A stretch of DNA of 63,488 bases, counting the filler, from Bigelowiella natans CCMP2755 (Eukaryota; Protista; Cercozoa): NCBI GenBank assembly GCA_000320545.1. It is 7 parts of 7 records of this genome, joined end to end, with 100 filler letters (N's around TTAATTAATTAA, not from the genome) between each part and the next. Parts side by side here need not be neighbours in the genome. Positions count along the whole stretch, not along the records: positions 24,703 to 37,673 come from ADNK01000621.1; positions 37,774 to 44,386 come from ADNK01002712.1; positions 44,487 to 49,060 come from ADNK01000217.1; 4 more parts are not named here. One strand, 5' to 3'. Position numbers and translations under genes: made by a program. Shown one piece after another: positions 30,521 through 44,572 of the stretch. The notes beneath the pieces were generated by a model, which saw only the letters and a program-made list of their open reading frames with translations, did not search any database and was not told where the DNA came from. Position 1 is the stretch's first letter. Every line of letters begins with the position of its first letter.

Positions 30521-31404
30521 GTACCTGATAACTCGCTGTACACATTCGGCGATATCGAAGGAGCAAAATGGCTGGGGCACTGTCCTTCCACAATGTTCTC
30601 AAAGATCTCATTAGAAACAAAGGTCAAAACTCGAACGGTATTCGATATAGTCGACACTGATCGCGATGGTCACATCAATGCCACACAGCTTCGCCAAGGT
30701 AATGCCAGATAAACCTCTATATTGGTTCAATAAGGAATACTCAATATTGAGTCGGAGGATATGCATCGGCAGATCCTAAGCTTCTCCTCATAATTTGCAA
30801 AAACAGGCCTCGAAGATGTCCAGTTGATTCACGACGTGAAGATACGGACCCCATCATCTTTGCCACAACCTACTGCTACTATTATCGTAGCACAAAATAA
30901 CAACAGAGAATCTGACCATGTATCATCTTCTCCATATCATTCACGAGCTAGCTCGATCAACAGTAATCCTCCATCAACAACTTTGCAGCACACACAAATG
31001 TTATTGGTTCCTCTTCGTCTTCTTTCTGATCAGATTTGTGTTGTGTACGTTGGGACCAGTTCTTCCTCTTCGTATGGTGATTGAATATGTTGTTGCATTA
31101 ATCATTAAAAAAGGCTTTGCAACTCTTGAAACCTATTCTGAGGACATCAAGGAAGTAATAATGGCATGGTGTCATCACAACTCTAGCAGTATACAGAATC
31201 ATCGTGCTCATGCGGCTTTGTGATGTATTATGGTAGCAGCTATCTTGAAAGAGAATGTTCATTGCATTTTTTTCATGTTGAGCTCACCATTATCATCGTT
31301 TGTCTCGGTAGGGATATTACACTTTTTTTGACCAAGTCAGCGAAGAAGATTCAAGGCGACTGATAAAGGACCTCAAAGGTTATAGAATGTCAGCTTATCT
31401 CACT

Positions 31405-31451
<47 letters not shown>

Positions 31452-32525
31452 CTTTGTCGTAAAGCAACGAACTACTACTACTACTGCTACCAATACCCCT
31501 TAATACAATGAATGAATGTGCTCACTACTACATCGATAAATAGGTGATGGTGATGCGCTAATTGACTACGATGAATTCGAACAATTGGTCTTAGCTGCTC
31601 AAGTGCCATGGTTATTATTGCTCTCAGTGATCATCATCTTGTAAAATGTTGCTACGAGCTACTAACAGCGTTTTACTGCAGGGACGATGATGACAAAGAA
31701 AATATGTTTGAAAGTTGGAGCGACCGTGTATTTGGGAAGAAGAAAGTATCCACAAGGATGCAATTTCTCAACTACGTCAATGCTACGGTAATATAAAAAA
31801 CAAGAAACAGCTCAAGGATGATGATGAGCTATGTGTATATACCTTGCGCTTATAAAAATCCATCGTCCTAATATAATGTTGTCGTTGTTGTGGTGGTGGT
31901 TGTTATACATTCTTCAAGGTTGGATGTGGGATGGTGGCACTTCCTTACATATATATACGATGTGGTTTGGTGCTGGCTTTGGTGTTCACGGTAAGTGTTA
32001 TTTAAGCTATACTATCAGATAAATAGACTAATAATGAATGCAGACGATGACAAAGAAGACAAATGCAGCAAAAGACTCCTCGAAAGATATTGATGACTGA
32101 CACGCAGCATTTGCTCATGTGTATTTTGAGACTATGACTCTTCGTAAATGCTCATAATAATGTGATGTTTTTGTAAAAACAATGTAGAAAATGATGAAAA
32201 AGAAAACTAACATTTAATGTTAAAATATATCATAATATTATTCTTCAGCTCTTGAGTTGCGGCCTAAACATATACGTCTCAGAGAAGGTGGTTTCTATAT
32301 GTCAGTCTGCTGTCTTATTTATGCAGCTTCCCCCTCTTCTCCCCCCCTCTCTTTAAGGCTCACTATTCTCCTTCTACTACTACTTCTATTGTTATTATCC
32401 TGCTGCTTACAGGTTATCTCACTCCTCGAAATGACTAATGTGAATCGATACGATGTGACGTATGGCACTCTCTTGAAGTTTGTCTTCGGCAAGGTACTAA
32501 TGATGGTACTAATGGTGTATGAAAA

Positions 32526-32557
<32 letters not shown>

Positions 32558-32933
32558 AAATAAGAAGAAGAAGAAGAAGAAGAAGAAGTAGTAGTAGAAG
32601 TAATGTGCAACTCCTCCTCCTCTTCACTGTTAAATGACATGTTGGAAGTTTAAAGAATAAAGACACTCGAAGTGGTACTTTGTGTAATGATATATAACAA
32701 CAGAAGATACATAGCATCATTGTGCTGCTACTGCCGCTACGGTTGTAGTAGTGGTAGGTAATAATATATCGAAGTTATAGTATTATCAACATCATGTGAA
32801 TCCTCCTCCTCCTCCTCCTCCTCCTCCTCCTCCTCCCTACCCAATAATCCACCGCTTATGATCAAACTACAACCAGCTAGGACACATATTCAGCAATTCT
32901 CTTCAACTTTACGAAATGGTGACTATGTATACG

Positions 32934-33008
<75 letters not shown>

Positions 33009-33521
33009 AGCATTCCTACATTTTCTGACGATATTGCTTTTCCACATAAAGATTTGGATAAGTGTGTGCTCGGTCATAGTCATTTCCATCAATATTGCGT
33101 TGTTGAGTGAGTATTTCATGGAGGTACGATATTCAAGATTTGTATGGTAAGTCCGTGGCAATAAAAGCATGCGGTTGTAGCAAATATTATGCTGCATAAA
33201 ATCGTCAAAAAAATGACTATTTATTACATAATGTCCATAAAATAATACAGAATGAATGAAGTCATGTAGTAGCAAGTATCTTAATAAATACTACAGGGAA
33301 GAGTGTAGTTCGTAATCGATAACAAGAGATTATATAGACCTGCTTCTTTATTTGATTCTGTATTGAAGAATGAATGATAGTGATGATGACGATGATGAGT
33401 AACAACACATCTGCTACAGCTCTCTCCTACTGCTGCTACTACTATTTACTACATGCATACAGGCATAAATGAACAATATAACAGTGGATAATAATGATGA
33501 TAATGATTATAATCATGATAT

Positions 33522-33556
<35 letters not shown>

Positions 33557-33950
33557 CACTAGCTTTCATCATGACTTATTGTACTACTACTAACTACTGC
33601 TACTACTGTTACTACATGATGTCTTCATGGGTTTAGTGTTTGTCATCATAAATAACATCATCATCATCACCATCACCAACACCAACAATCACATTCTCTT
33701 GAATATTTATTCAATAGGATCATGACAGTATCTAGCTTCGTGTGTTGTTGTTGCGGTGTATCGAGATTTGGCGGAGAGTCATTGTTTGCACGGGTTCCAT
33801 TACTCAGCTTCTTCCTTGGAATCTTGATGCCGCTTATCGTATGTGTATGATTATGCTAGTAGTACGTTTGTAGTTTTTTGATGTAGCAATAATATATTAT
33901 GTGTACATATTATTTTGTATCATCAGGTATACTACTAGTACCCAATATAG

Positions 33951-33981
<31 letters not shown>

Positions 33982-35037
33982 CCTTCAATCATCATAAATC
34001 ATCACCATTTATTCTATACTTCTGGTCAGGTTATGTTGATCGTCTTCTTCAGTAGCAGCAGTACAACAAGCACTACTACTACTACAACTAGTAGTAGTAG
34101 TACTTCCAGCAGCATAAATTCATCATCAACTGAGCAGTTTGGTATTGCCCAATTTCACCAAGAGGAGCTCCTACTATGGCCAACAACAGGGGTAAGTTAT
34201 TTTAGCGGCACCTCCAGAAGATAAATAAATATTCAAATATTTTATGATATGTTTTCACATCGATCTTCTCCTGACAGACAGCAGGGGTGATATTAAAGGA
34301 GCAGCACACATCTATTATTATTATAATACTAATTAATACTATTATTACTATTATTATCATTTAAATGGTGCACAAACACACGGAACAATGTTGCTATGAT
34401 GCTGTGAGTTCTTCTGAACTAATACTACAACATATTCGAATTTTGAATAGATTCCAACTCCTCTCTTATATGCAGATGGGTGTTGTACATCGATGATGAT
34501 ATGTAATCAAGGCCCTCCTCTTCCTCGTTTCATGTTTAGGCCGATATATTTCTTGCGGTAGGAGTGTTGATGTTTTGCTCAGCAGGTAGTGTCAGTCTGC
34601 TGCCGACTTTGGTACTACTACTACTACTGCTGCTACCCCTGTTTCTTTTACTCCTATGATGATGTTGGTAGAAAATGATAATACGTCAAATATATTGCTC
34701 GCAGGGATGTGTTTTCTCTCCACATTATCACCATCAATCATCATCATCCTACACATCCTCCTCCTATGTTATCATCATTGTGTTTTAATTTGTTAAAACC
34801 CCAAAAAGTATGCAGGAATGCGGCAGAGCAAGGAGGTTAAGCTGATGATTCGGTTGGGGCATGTATTTGCATGTGTTCTTTACATCTCTGTTGGCTGCAT
34901 AGGCTGGTAATAAACTCTTCAACCGTAGTAGTTTCCGCTCATATAGTACTACTTTGCCGTTGTCGTACTATGTGTAGCCAAATCATAGACAACTTATTTT
35001 TAAAAAATTGATGTAGTAGTAGTACTATATTTCTAGG

Positions 35038-35081
<44 letters not shown>

Positions 35082-35388
35082 CTCCATACACCTGTTACTA
35101 CTAGGTGGATCTTTCAGAGTACAGGGGTACGACAATGCTTTACAGAGAGTATTAGGATCACGTTGTTGAATGGTGAACCGACAGCTATAAAAGGCTCTTT
35201 GTTCTTACCATTCTTGTCTTTGCCAACGCAAAGATCATCAGCACCATCGGCGAGTTCTTCTTCTTCTTCTTCTTCTTCATCATCTTCGTTTGCTGGCATT
35301 GTTCTATCAGTGCATGAGGAGTTAATATGGGTGGGTTGTGATCTGAGTATTTCTCGCCTACTATTACATGATGAGGAAGATAATGAGA

Positions 35389-35423
<35 letters not shown>

Positions 35424-36014
35424 AGTGATGATGGTTGTGGCCGATCGTTGATATATTTGATAAATTGACCGACAATAGTTATGGTGTCAGCATGCATATC
35501 ATTCTATTTTCACAAATCATATACAGGAGTATTTCTTTTCATTCGGTTCTTCCTCCTCCTAATCCTCCCCCCTCCAACATGTTGTTGTTTTCATATTTCT
35601 ACTACTAAGCTGTCAATTCTTGGAGTTGTGCTGAAGCAAATGGCAGTCGTCCCATTGTCTGTAAAATGCGCCAAGCGTCTAGTATCCGAACTCATGGAAC
35701 AAATTGTACATAATAATTCTTGGCAGCAGCACTATCGTAGCGATAGCAGCCAGGTGTATGCATGCAGTATGTCGTATGTATTCATATGTATGCATATATG
35801 TGTTAATTATGTAAGAAGCTCTTGCACCAAATGCAACAAAGCATAATTCGATACTAATACTTTTGGTGTATTATTATATTTGTGAAAGCAGCAGCAGCAG
35901 CACACAGGATTCATCGTAGTTGATTCTGGGATGAATGATGATAGAATCACCAAATGCAGCAAATCCTTCTTGTTGGCTCTTATCTCGGCACTAGGTGACG
36001 ATTTAGAGTAATTT

Positions 36015-36051
<37 letters not shown>

Positions 36052-36518
36052 GAGGAGGAGGAGGAGGAGGAGGAGGAGGAGGAGGAGTGCTTAGCCGATA
36101 CGCTACTACTACAATCACATACGCAATGCAATTGAATAGAAGTATGCTTTAGAGACCATGCCTCCCCCTTCACTGCATTATGATAATCCAACTTACTACA
36201 GTAATTGGCGGTCTTGGCTTGTGTATGGAGGATTCGGTTGTGAGCGCTATGTTCTTGTGTGGTCTCACGGCTAGTTTCTTCGTCAACATACTGCTACCTC
36301 TGTTAGCCTATTCCCAACTTACTACTATGATGACTAGTGCCTCTGCTCCTCCTCACTCTAAGAACAATTCCCTTCATTCTATTTCTATCTCAAGTAATAC
36401 CAGCTCGAGGACTTCAAGTAGTTATTATTGCAAATGCTGCTGCTTTCCTCAGTTGTACGGCTATTGCTGCTACTGCTGCTGCTTTAATGTTTGGCAATGC
36501 CAACAAGTCGTATGGTAG
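30521..36518 (+). CDS. AAAP/Aa_trans (SLC38-like) amino-acid transporter with N-terminal EF-hand pair; 5' end uncertain
   Basis: EF loops VFDIVDTDRDGHINATQL (~30640-30697) and GDGDALIDYDEF (~31544-31580). Transporter exons QFLNYVNAT|VGCGMVALPYIYIRCGLVLA, YGTLLKFVFGK, AVGVLMFCSAG, LYISVGCIGW, FLCGLTASFFVNILLPLLAY. Confidence 0.7.
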
Positions 36519-37298
36519 ATACAAGTTGTAGTAGTACCAACCAGTGCTTTGTACCTAGGGTTAACACACTTTTAATAGCTGTGTTGAACAATCGTCGCAA
36601 AGATCACGAGATCTAGATTGAAATGTTCTACTTGGCGAAGCTGTGAGTGTTAGCTGTACATACTAATCGTACAGTAGCAGGTGTACAGGAAATGGCATGG
36701 CTTTGGATTCAACGACATTCAGTAGCGCCCACTTTCACAAACACGTGTGCATGCTGTATGCAATTTTGTATATACACGACGATGTAGCAAGCTAGCTTTC
36801 GGCTAAGTCATCAACGGTCCCCTGCTCCTTTGGCAGCACGTCGTAGCTAGGGAGGAAATCTAGAGACATTGTGACGAACTAACCACGCTACAGTAGGCTA
36901 GTAGGCCTGAAAAATAGGATCATGCGCCTACTCCGACTACAGTGCACTGACACATGCATGCGTGCAGCAAAGGATATACACATATTGTAGTGCTTTATCT
37001 ATAGCTAGATAGCCAAAGTAATTCTCTGCACGTGTGCGGAGAAAGCTAGCTAGCTAGGTCACACCACGTAGCTTTAAATGCACAACGTGACTAGATGTGC
37101 GTAGCATGCTAGCATGCCGAGTTGATGCAGTGAATACATTGTTAAATCTTAAAATTTTGCTTCTATTTGAATCATTAGCTAATATAGCAAGCTGAAGGAA
37201 AAACAAATGCTTATAGTTACGTGTAGAAGATTTGTTGTTACAAGGCCTGATTTCATTGCTGCCACCTTCATGCAACTGGAAGCATACATTTACATAGC

Positions 37299-37625
37299 TT
37301 AGAATCCTATGTGAACGAAATTGAGGGCCTCCGCTATCTGTTGTTGAGAAGATCTTCTTCGAGTGGTGTTAGGTGGTTTATTATTATTTTTCGCAATATT
37401 ATTATTATTATTATTATTATTTCTATGGTGAGGCGGAGAAGGAGGTGCACATTGAGGGCTGCTGGTGAAGATCATTCTCCCAATATTAGGTGCTGTCTGC
37501 TTTTGATCTTGATTGGTTAATTTACATATCGTTGTCGTCGTATCCACTTTCCTCCAGAACAACCTCATGACTTCCATTGCAAGTTTTTTGTTCGAAATAT
37601 CAAATTTATTTCTCCTCATCTGCAT
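37299..37625 (-). CDS. Probable 3' exon(s) of a gene truncated by the contig end
   Basis: Open frame ending ...IAEALNFVHIGF* with AG acceptors, followed by a palindrome-rich spacer like other gene ends. No family recognised. Confidence 0.3.
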   Translation of the reverse strand: MQMRRNKFDISNKKLAMEVMRLFWRKVDTTTTICKLTNQDQKQTAPNIGRMIFTSSPQCAPPSPPHHRNNNNNNNNIAKNNNKPPNTTRRRSSQQQIAEALNFVHIGF

Positions 37626-37673
37626 ATGTATGTTGTATTTGGTGTGACGGATTATCAGGTTATCTAATCATCC

Positions 37674-37773
37674 NNNNNNNNNNNNNNNNNNNNNNNNNNN
37701 NNNNNNNNNNNNNNNNNTTAATTAATTAANNNNNNNNNNNNNNNNNNNNNNNNNNNNNNNNNNNNNNNNNNNN
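37674..37773. other. Artificial contig linker
   Basis: N-run/TTAATTAATTAA/N-run. Confidence 0.99.
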
Positions 37774-38099
37774 TCATCCTCCTCCTCCTCTTCCTCCTCC
37801 TCCTCCCCCCCCCCCTCCTCCTCCTCGTCTTTCGGTGCTCCTTTTCCGCTTATCTAACGACATTAAGGAACGCACCGTGCGGTAGGGGAGTTTCTGGTTG
37901 CTTTCTGTAAGAACACGACGATGACGACGGCGAGAACAAGCAGCACCAGCACCAAATTAATGATCACATGGGATATCAGCATTGTTTTTTTTCCTTCCTG
38001 TGCGTATGAAGGAAGAGTAGCAAAGCTGCTATCATCTACCACCTCTAAGTTTCTTCTCCAGGACTCTCTTCCTTGCTTTCAAGACTTTCCGTAAAAGCG

Positions 38100-38138
<39 letters not shown>

Positions 38139-38399
38139 TTGTCCGTGCGTGTCGATGCGTGAGAGGATTCGCAGCTGGTGGTACGCGTTGTGTTGTGGGA
38201 AAAACAGAGGGGGAGACGGTCAATAGACAAGGATAGCATAATTTATGCTTTTTTACTGTTTGGCGCTATGCTTGTGTGCTATACTGTGTAACTTTGACCG
38301 TTTGTGTGGGAGCGGCCTCGCGAAGGCATGGCAGATAAAAGCCTGATGATTCGCCACAGTGATAGTCACACGATGACGGGCGATGATGATGATGATGAT

Positions 38400-41300
38400 G
38401 AAGGTGGTGACGATGGTGCTGCTGTGCGCTGTTTGGCACTGTCGCTGCCGGTGACGTTCAAAATGGAGATACAACCGAAGATCACGACGATTCCAACAGT
38501 GACACAAGCTGCTTTTTCATTGCTTACATAAAAAAAGCACAGTTCGCCCCCCCCCTTACTGTGCTATGGGCTACTATATGAGTGCTCCGCATCAAGAGGA
38601 TCTAGTCTTAGTAGCTGCGGCAGCAGCAGTCTGTCATTTTCTGATTAGAATTCGCCTTTCGCATCTGCTACACACTTGCTACTACCGCTATCACGGAATC
38701 AATATCGGCGAATACTACTATATCACCGTCGCCACCACCTTTGGGTCCTCGGAGCACTCGCCCTCATTGTCTCGTAAGTTCTCTATCAGCTTCCTGAGCA
38801 TGACACGAACCAATTAAAACATTCGCTCTCTCGTAGTAATACCGCCAATTTCATCATTGACATAATCATCATCATCATCAGTGTCATCATCAATATCTTG
38901 CACGCCCACTTACTTTGAGCTCAGCTTGGCCCCGAACACTTCCATCGCAACGTTTTGATACAGAGTGTGGTTCAGTCGAGCGTCTTTCTCTATCGACGGC
39001 TCGAAGCCTTTTGGAGGACGAGGAGGAGGAGGAGAAAGAGGCAGCAGTAGGACGGAAGAAGAGTACGTGAAACAGGGGGAGGACCATGAAACAGAGAGAG
39101 GAAATCGCATGTTACACGTGCCTGTTTACGTGCATATGTGCGCGTGTATGTGCGCGCACTCGCTTAGAACTGACTATGTTTGATCATCATTCTGGCTACC
39201 CCTCCGCGCACCCCCCCCCCCCCCCTTCCTCTTTTCACATCACACCCGTGCTGACTCTGAGGGCTATGTCGAAAGCGACGCCAGCGTTCTGTGAGCTGTG
39301 GAATCGATGGTGGAAAGAGGAGTGCGTGTTCATCACCTGATGACGCAAAAAGAAGAAAGCAATCAATCAAGTAACGTAGCACTTAGACCTTACACCGGCC
39401 CCCTCTCACACTCGCACAAGGATCCTATCACAACACTGCCGCGCTGCTTCTTCTTCTTCTTCTTCTTCTTCTTCTTCTTCTTCTTCTTCTTCTTCTCCTA
39501 CCTGGCCACCAACGACTTCAATGAGGCTCGGAGCTTCTTCTTTGAGGATATTGAGTGCTTCCTGCTCCCAGTACGGATCTTCCCTCGCATCGTCGCTCTC
39601 TGCGTGCTTCTCAAACCATCGGTCTACAAGCCTGCACAAGCAGCATGCTTGTCATCATCTGCACGGTGTGGTTATAGTGCACAGAATCGCGCGGCAAAAC
39701 TCGTTCAGGACTCAACGCTACTAAGTCCTGCTTCTTCAAAACATGCACGTTGCGATTGCGGCGACGAGACAAAGCTGCTGCTGTAAACAAATCGTGCTGT
39801 GGTGCTGATACTAGGCTCGCGGAGTAGCTGTTATGCTTCTTCTCACGTGTGGGATTCAGGGACGTTTCGGATGAAATACACGCCGGAGTTGATTAAGCAA
39901 GGAAAGGGAGAGGCGGGGCCTACGTTATCATCAGAATATCTTACAAGAATGGATGGTGACTACACAGCCGATTCTTCACACTCATTATTTTCCCATACGC
40001 ATCAGCAATGCACACGTTTAAAACAAACGCCAATATAGTTATCAACCCTGCTCTCGAAGGCCAACGGGGCAGGAAGAAGTCGCCCCTCCACCCTTAGCAG
40101 CATCGTCATCGTTACCAGCAGCAGCAGGGGGGGGGAGGGGGAAGGACGCGCGCCCGCAGCAGAACGCATCGCAATCAAAGCCGAGGCCTATGGGACTTGT
40201 ATAGACGGGTATTGGGCGAAACGCGCATCACGACAATAAATAAGGAGATTAGAGCGCATTTCAGAACGCAAACTCGAAGAAGGCAGCATCGCCAACCTGT
40301 TACACGCAGCGTATACTAAGGGATACGTCGCTTCGCTGCTGCCGTCGCTGTCCTGGCCCCCCTCTCGCCCCCCCCCCCTCCCCAAAGCTGCAGGCGACGC
40401 GAAAGGGCGGATGGGGGATGCTGCTGCTGATGACGCCGGTATCTATATCAAATGAATGCATAGCCATGAATGAGGATGAGAATATCATCATATGTTCCAA
40501 CGATTTTTAGTGTTCTCGAAGCAAAAGCCGCGATCGCTAATCCCTCCCCCGAGCTGTCCCCCTCCTCCCCCGTGCCGTCCTTTCCCCTATCCCATCCCAG
40601 GAAAGGCCAGCCGTGCAACGCGCGCGGTGTACGCGCTGCTGCTGCTGCTGCTGCAAACCTGCGTCTCCATGCGAGTCAGCAGATTGAAGGGGTTGACATC
40701 AATTCCAGCCTCGGAAAAGGAAAGAAGAACGAGGGAGATGGGAGCAGCAAGCAATAAATTCAAGGAAGAAAGGGGGGGGGGGGAAGTTGTGGTTATATAT
40801 TGAATAGACGTTGATGGCAATATATCCTATACTCTACTGATGAGTACCACAATGGCGTCTGCATCAATATATAAGATCCAGGGGCATCGAAGCCCTGAAC
40901 CCCCCATCGCCCCGCGTTTGCTTTCTATCACGCCGTCGTCGTCGTTGATGTCACTCTCCTCCATTTCCCTCAGCAGCTTCTTGGTTGCCGCAACCTACTC
41001 AAAAGGAAACAGCAGGGACAAAAATACACCCAGAAAGAGTACGAGAACCATCCCGATGGGGGTCAGCTCTTTTCTCAGTCTTCTCTTCGTCGCTATCAGT
41101 GAAATGGTGGTTGCAGTCAGCATCAGTGGCCCGCGATCCTTCTCACTTCCCCCCTCCCCCCCCTCTCTGCGAACGGCCACCTTCTCCCACGTTGGGTGCA
41201 AGTCCTGTGTCGCCTTGGTGTTGAAGAGCGTGAAGGAATGGCCATGCAAATTTGCCCAGTTAGCATTCATCTCGATTCCTTCATAAATCGTGCATAATTC

Positions 41301-42017
41301 ACAACGCTGTGTTTCCAATAGCCCCCCCCTCCCGGCCGCCCCCCCCCCAGGCCGCCCCCCCTATCCCCACCAGGTCGCAGATTGCTACAGAGCAGTGATG
41401 CCCATCGATTACGTGAGTAGCACCAAAAACGATGGTAGAAGAATAACTCGCAATTTGATAACACTATGGATGACATAGTAACAACAATACCACCTCGATA
41501 AAACTTCAGCGTCCGTCGCCCGACAGCGACGGAGAAGACACAAATCTTCTCACTGCGGTTCTCATGGCGAGGCAACCAGACGACGCGGTCCGATGCGAGG
41601 CGATACAAGCCTTCATCTCGTCCTGGATTGGTGGCTTCGAAAGCTTTGCTGTCCTTGTTGTTGTCTTTCCCCGAATGCGCGGCAGCTCTCTGACGAATTT
41701 GAGCTGTCGGCTGCACATGGGCCTTTGACGTTGAATTACTCGCAAAGAACGCCCACGTGCCTCCCAGTGCTAAGACGACACGCAATGTGATATGCATATA
41801 TATATATATATATAAAATATATATATATTATTTATATGCACGCTCCATTCGAGGGGTTTGGATTTCAGGAGAAACAGCAAAGCAGAGAAGCAGGAGCAGA
41901 GACTACTCGGCGAACATCAAAGGCGTACGTACCGAATGAACCAACGCAGAGGATAGCGACAGACAGAATCGATCGCGTGCGAGGGCATCTCGCCGCGCAC
42001 TTTGCCATCGTTTTCAT
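38400..42017 (-). CDS. GT34 (GMA12/MNN10)-like Golgi glycosyltransferase; 3' end uncertain
   Basis: MKTMAKCAARCPRTRSILSVAILCVGSF|ALGGTWAFF (type II anchor); NANWANLHGHSF..LHPTWEK; WILYIDADAIV (DxD, ~40857-40890); CLINSGVYFIRN|..LVDRW..YWEQEALN. These are GT34 motifs in the expected order. Confidence 0.7.
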
Positions 42018-43987
42018 CCCTACTCCATTAACTCATTGTTCGCCTTTGTACCGCCCCAGTTAGCTGGCCGGCAGGGTTCCCCCCCCCTCCCCATGCTCCG
42101 ACCATCGCTTCTGCTCCAACAGATTGATTGTGTGCAGAACGTGAGTAGATTCTGTACCAGCGCGACACGATGTTTAGGTTGTCGCAGGTAGAAAATAGCA
42201 CCATTTTTCATTTATCAGATCAGATTTCTTCGCTTTCGTGAAACCTTAGAACCGGAGGAATTTAGGGTTGTCGCGAGATCAAAACTCAGTCGTTTCACTT
42301 CGAAATACGCCTTTCTATGAGAGCACCGTGCAGCAGCTTCAAGAGGTGATGCAAGAATTGGAAATGCTTCACAACCTCATTCATGTTCATCCATCGCACA
42401 TTGCACTCTTGTGCAGACCAGTGCAGCGTGCAGCTGGCTAGCTGAGTCTAGTGCATCATGCATGGGGCAACAGAGCCGCGGAACGATCCATTTCCACACT
42501 CACTCGCTAGCTCGCCACACTCACTTCAATGAGTCGCGACAATGGTGTCTAAGAGCAGAACATGGAAGCACAACATGGCACCCTCTAACCAATGCTGAAT
42601 GCTAGCATGGCCACATCACGGCCACGTTGTGCATGCATTGGTCACTGCATGAAATGCGACCGCATTCCCTCATGTCTCAATAGCTCATCAATGATCATCC
42701 CCGAACATGAAAAAGAGCACAGCTTGATGTGAAAGCATGAACGTACGTCCGATCGCCTACAGGCCCAATCTCCCCCGCGGCAAAAAACCCAGCCTTAGCA
42801 AGACTATCACCCCTGTGTTGTTGATAGGCACAAAACGCGAAGATGAAGCATCGTCAGCATGAATCATGGAAGTCTTCTCCATTAGCTCAATAGGTTCAAA
42901 TGACGATGAAATGTATAAAAACACGTGATGGTGATGCGCGTTGAAATCTCGACCATTTTGCGTTCAGAATGTCGGATTCAACCCCTGAGCGTCCATATAG
43001 TTGCAGACCTCGCCCTGTTCGAAATGTGTGTTGCCCACATATGTTAGTGGTGATATCGTTTTACATGTTTCAATTTTAAGATCCCTTTGTTCGCTTGTCA
43101 GGCTTGCGTCGCCATTGCATCATCTTACCATCCTCCACCTCTATGCGTCCCTAATACAAACAAAAGCCTCCCCTTTTCTACCGCACTACCGGAGCAGGAG
43201 AACATGAGCGCGCCGAGGGGATCAACGGTTCTGTCTTTGAGTCGTAGGCCTGGATATGTGAAGCACAGAAGGCCAAGTCATCATGAGAGAACTTCGGATG
43301 GCTCCGCGAAATTCTCCCTTGCGAAAATAAAATGCCCCTGCGCTTTGGCCACTACCGAGCTCCGTCATCGCGGTGTTTGGATTGAATATTTGCAGCGAGA
43401 AGTCTTCGCATTCCCGGAGATACTCCGGCTCTACGGCGAGTCCAATCCCCATTCTGGCGATGGATGAATAGAACGAATAAGGGGTGGGAGAGGGAGGGAG
43501 CGTGGTCACAGAACGCGAACAATATGATTGAATACGAACGGGGATATTATCGAAAAATGCGAAGTTATCGGAGATTGGGGAAGGATAGACTTGCTGTAAT
43601 TCTCTGATAACGAATAGCCCGCCTCGCGCAACGGCGCAGAGTCGTTACACTCCCTTCGATGTCTCTCGAGACGAGATTGAGCATTCATATTCGGAAAAAC
43701 CCGCCAAAATCATATATTACGGAGAGAGGTTGAGAATAACACGGACGAGGAAGGACGGATTTCTAGAGCTTGAAGCATCTTTTTCGTCGTCGTCGTTGTC
43801 ATCTCCCTGAGCGTGTCCATCAAAACCATCACCATAATCGCCATTATCATCATATTGCCATCGATATCATCAGCATCAAAGGCCTAGAGACCTCCAGCAA
43901 AGGGTTGCATGGCTCTTTTTTCCGCTTTTTTACGTGCTCTTAAGCCATGACAAGAATTTGCTTCTTCTCCTCCTTTTTTTTTTCCAA

Positions 43988-44386
43988 CAACATTGTACCG
44001 TCGCCGCCTTTGGTTTGACTGCCTCGGAATCAACGGAAAGAGCACCTGCGAACAAATAACGGCCATCGGTTCTTTTTCCGTTTAAGGAGAAGGTGTTAAG
44101 GCTGCGTTGGGTCTCCATCTATCGCTTGCCTCAGCCACGCTTGATACCGAATAAATGTCCCCCCTGGAGCTCTGTGCTCTCTTCGAATTCCTACGAGGGA
44201 GGGGGGCAAGGGGGGGGGGACGTTCGGTATGAAGCGTGGCTGAGGCAAGCGATAGATGGAGACCCAACGCAGCCTTAACACTTTCTCCTTAAACGGAAAA
44301 AGAACCGATGGCCGTTATTTGTTCGCAGGTGCTCTTTCCGTTTATTCCGAGGCAGTCTAGCCAAAGGCGGCGACGGTCCACTGTTG
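43988..44386. repeat. Long imperfect inverted repeat (hairpin), right arm cut by gap
   Basis: 43988-~44151 is the reverse complement of ~44223-44386 with 7 substitutions; the ~70-nt loop has extra C-run/G-run pairing. Confidence 0.95.
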
Positions 44387-44486
44387 NNNNNNNNNNNNNN
44401 NNNNNNNNNNNNNNNNNNNNNNNNNNNNNNTTAATTAATTAANNNNNNNNNNNNNNNNNNNNNNNNNNNNNNNNNNNNNNNNNNNN
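44387..44486. other. Artificial contig linker
   Basis: N-run/TTAATTAATTAA/N-run. Confidence 0.99.
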
Positions 44487-44572
44487 AAATTCAAAGGGAA
44501 AGAATGGTTTCGTTTTTAATTTTAAACAAGATTTTTTTCTCCTCTTCCCCTTCATTTTTTTCTCCTTGGGTT

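Noticed and set aside
42700-43900. Possible spliced gene on the minus strand next to the hairpin
   Set aside because: Splice-like signals exist, but I could not build a consistent frame or recognise a product.
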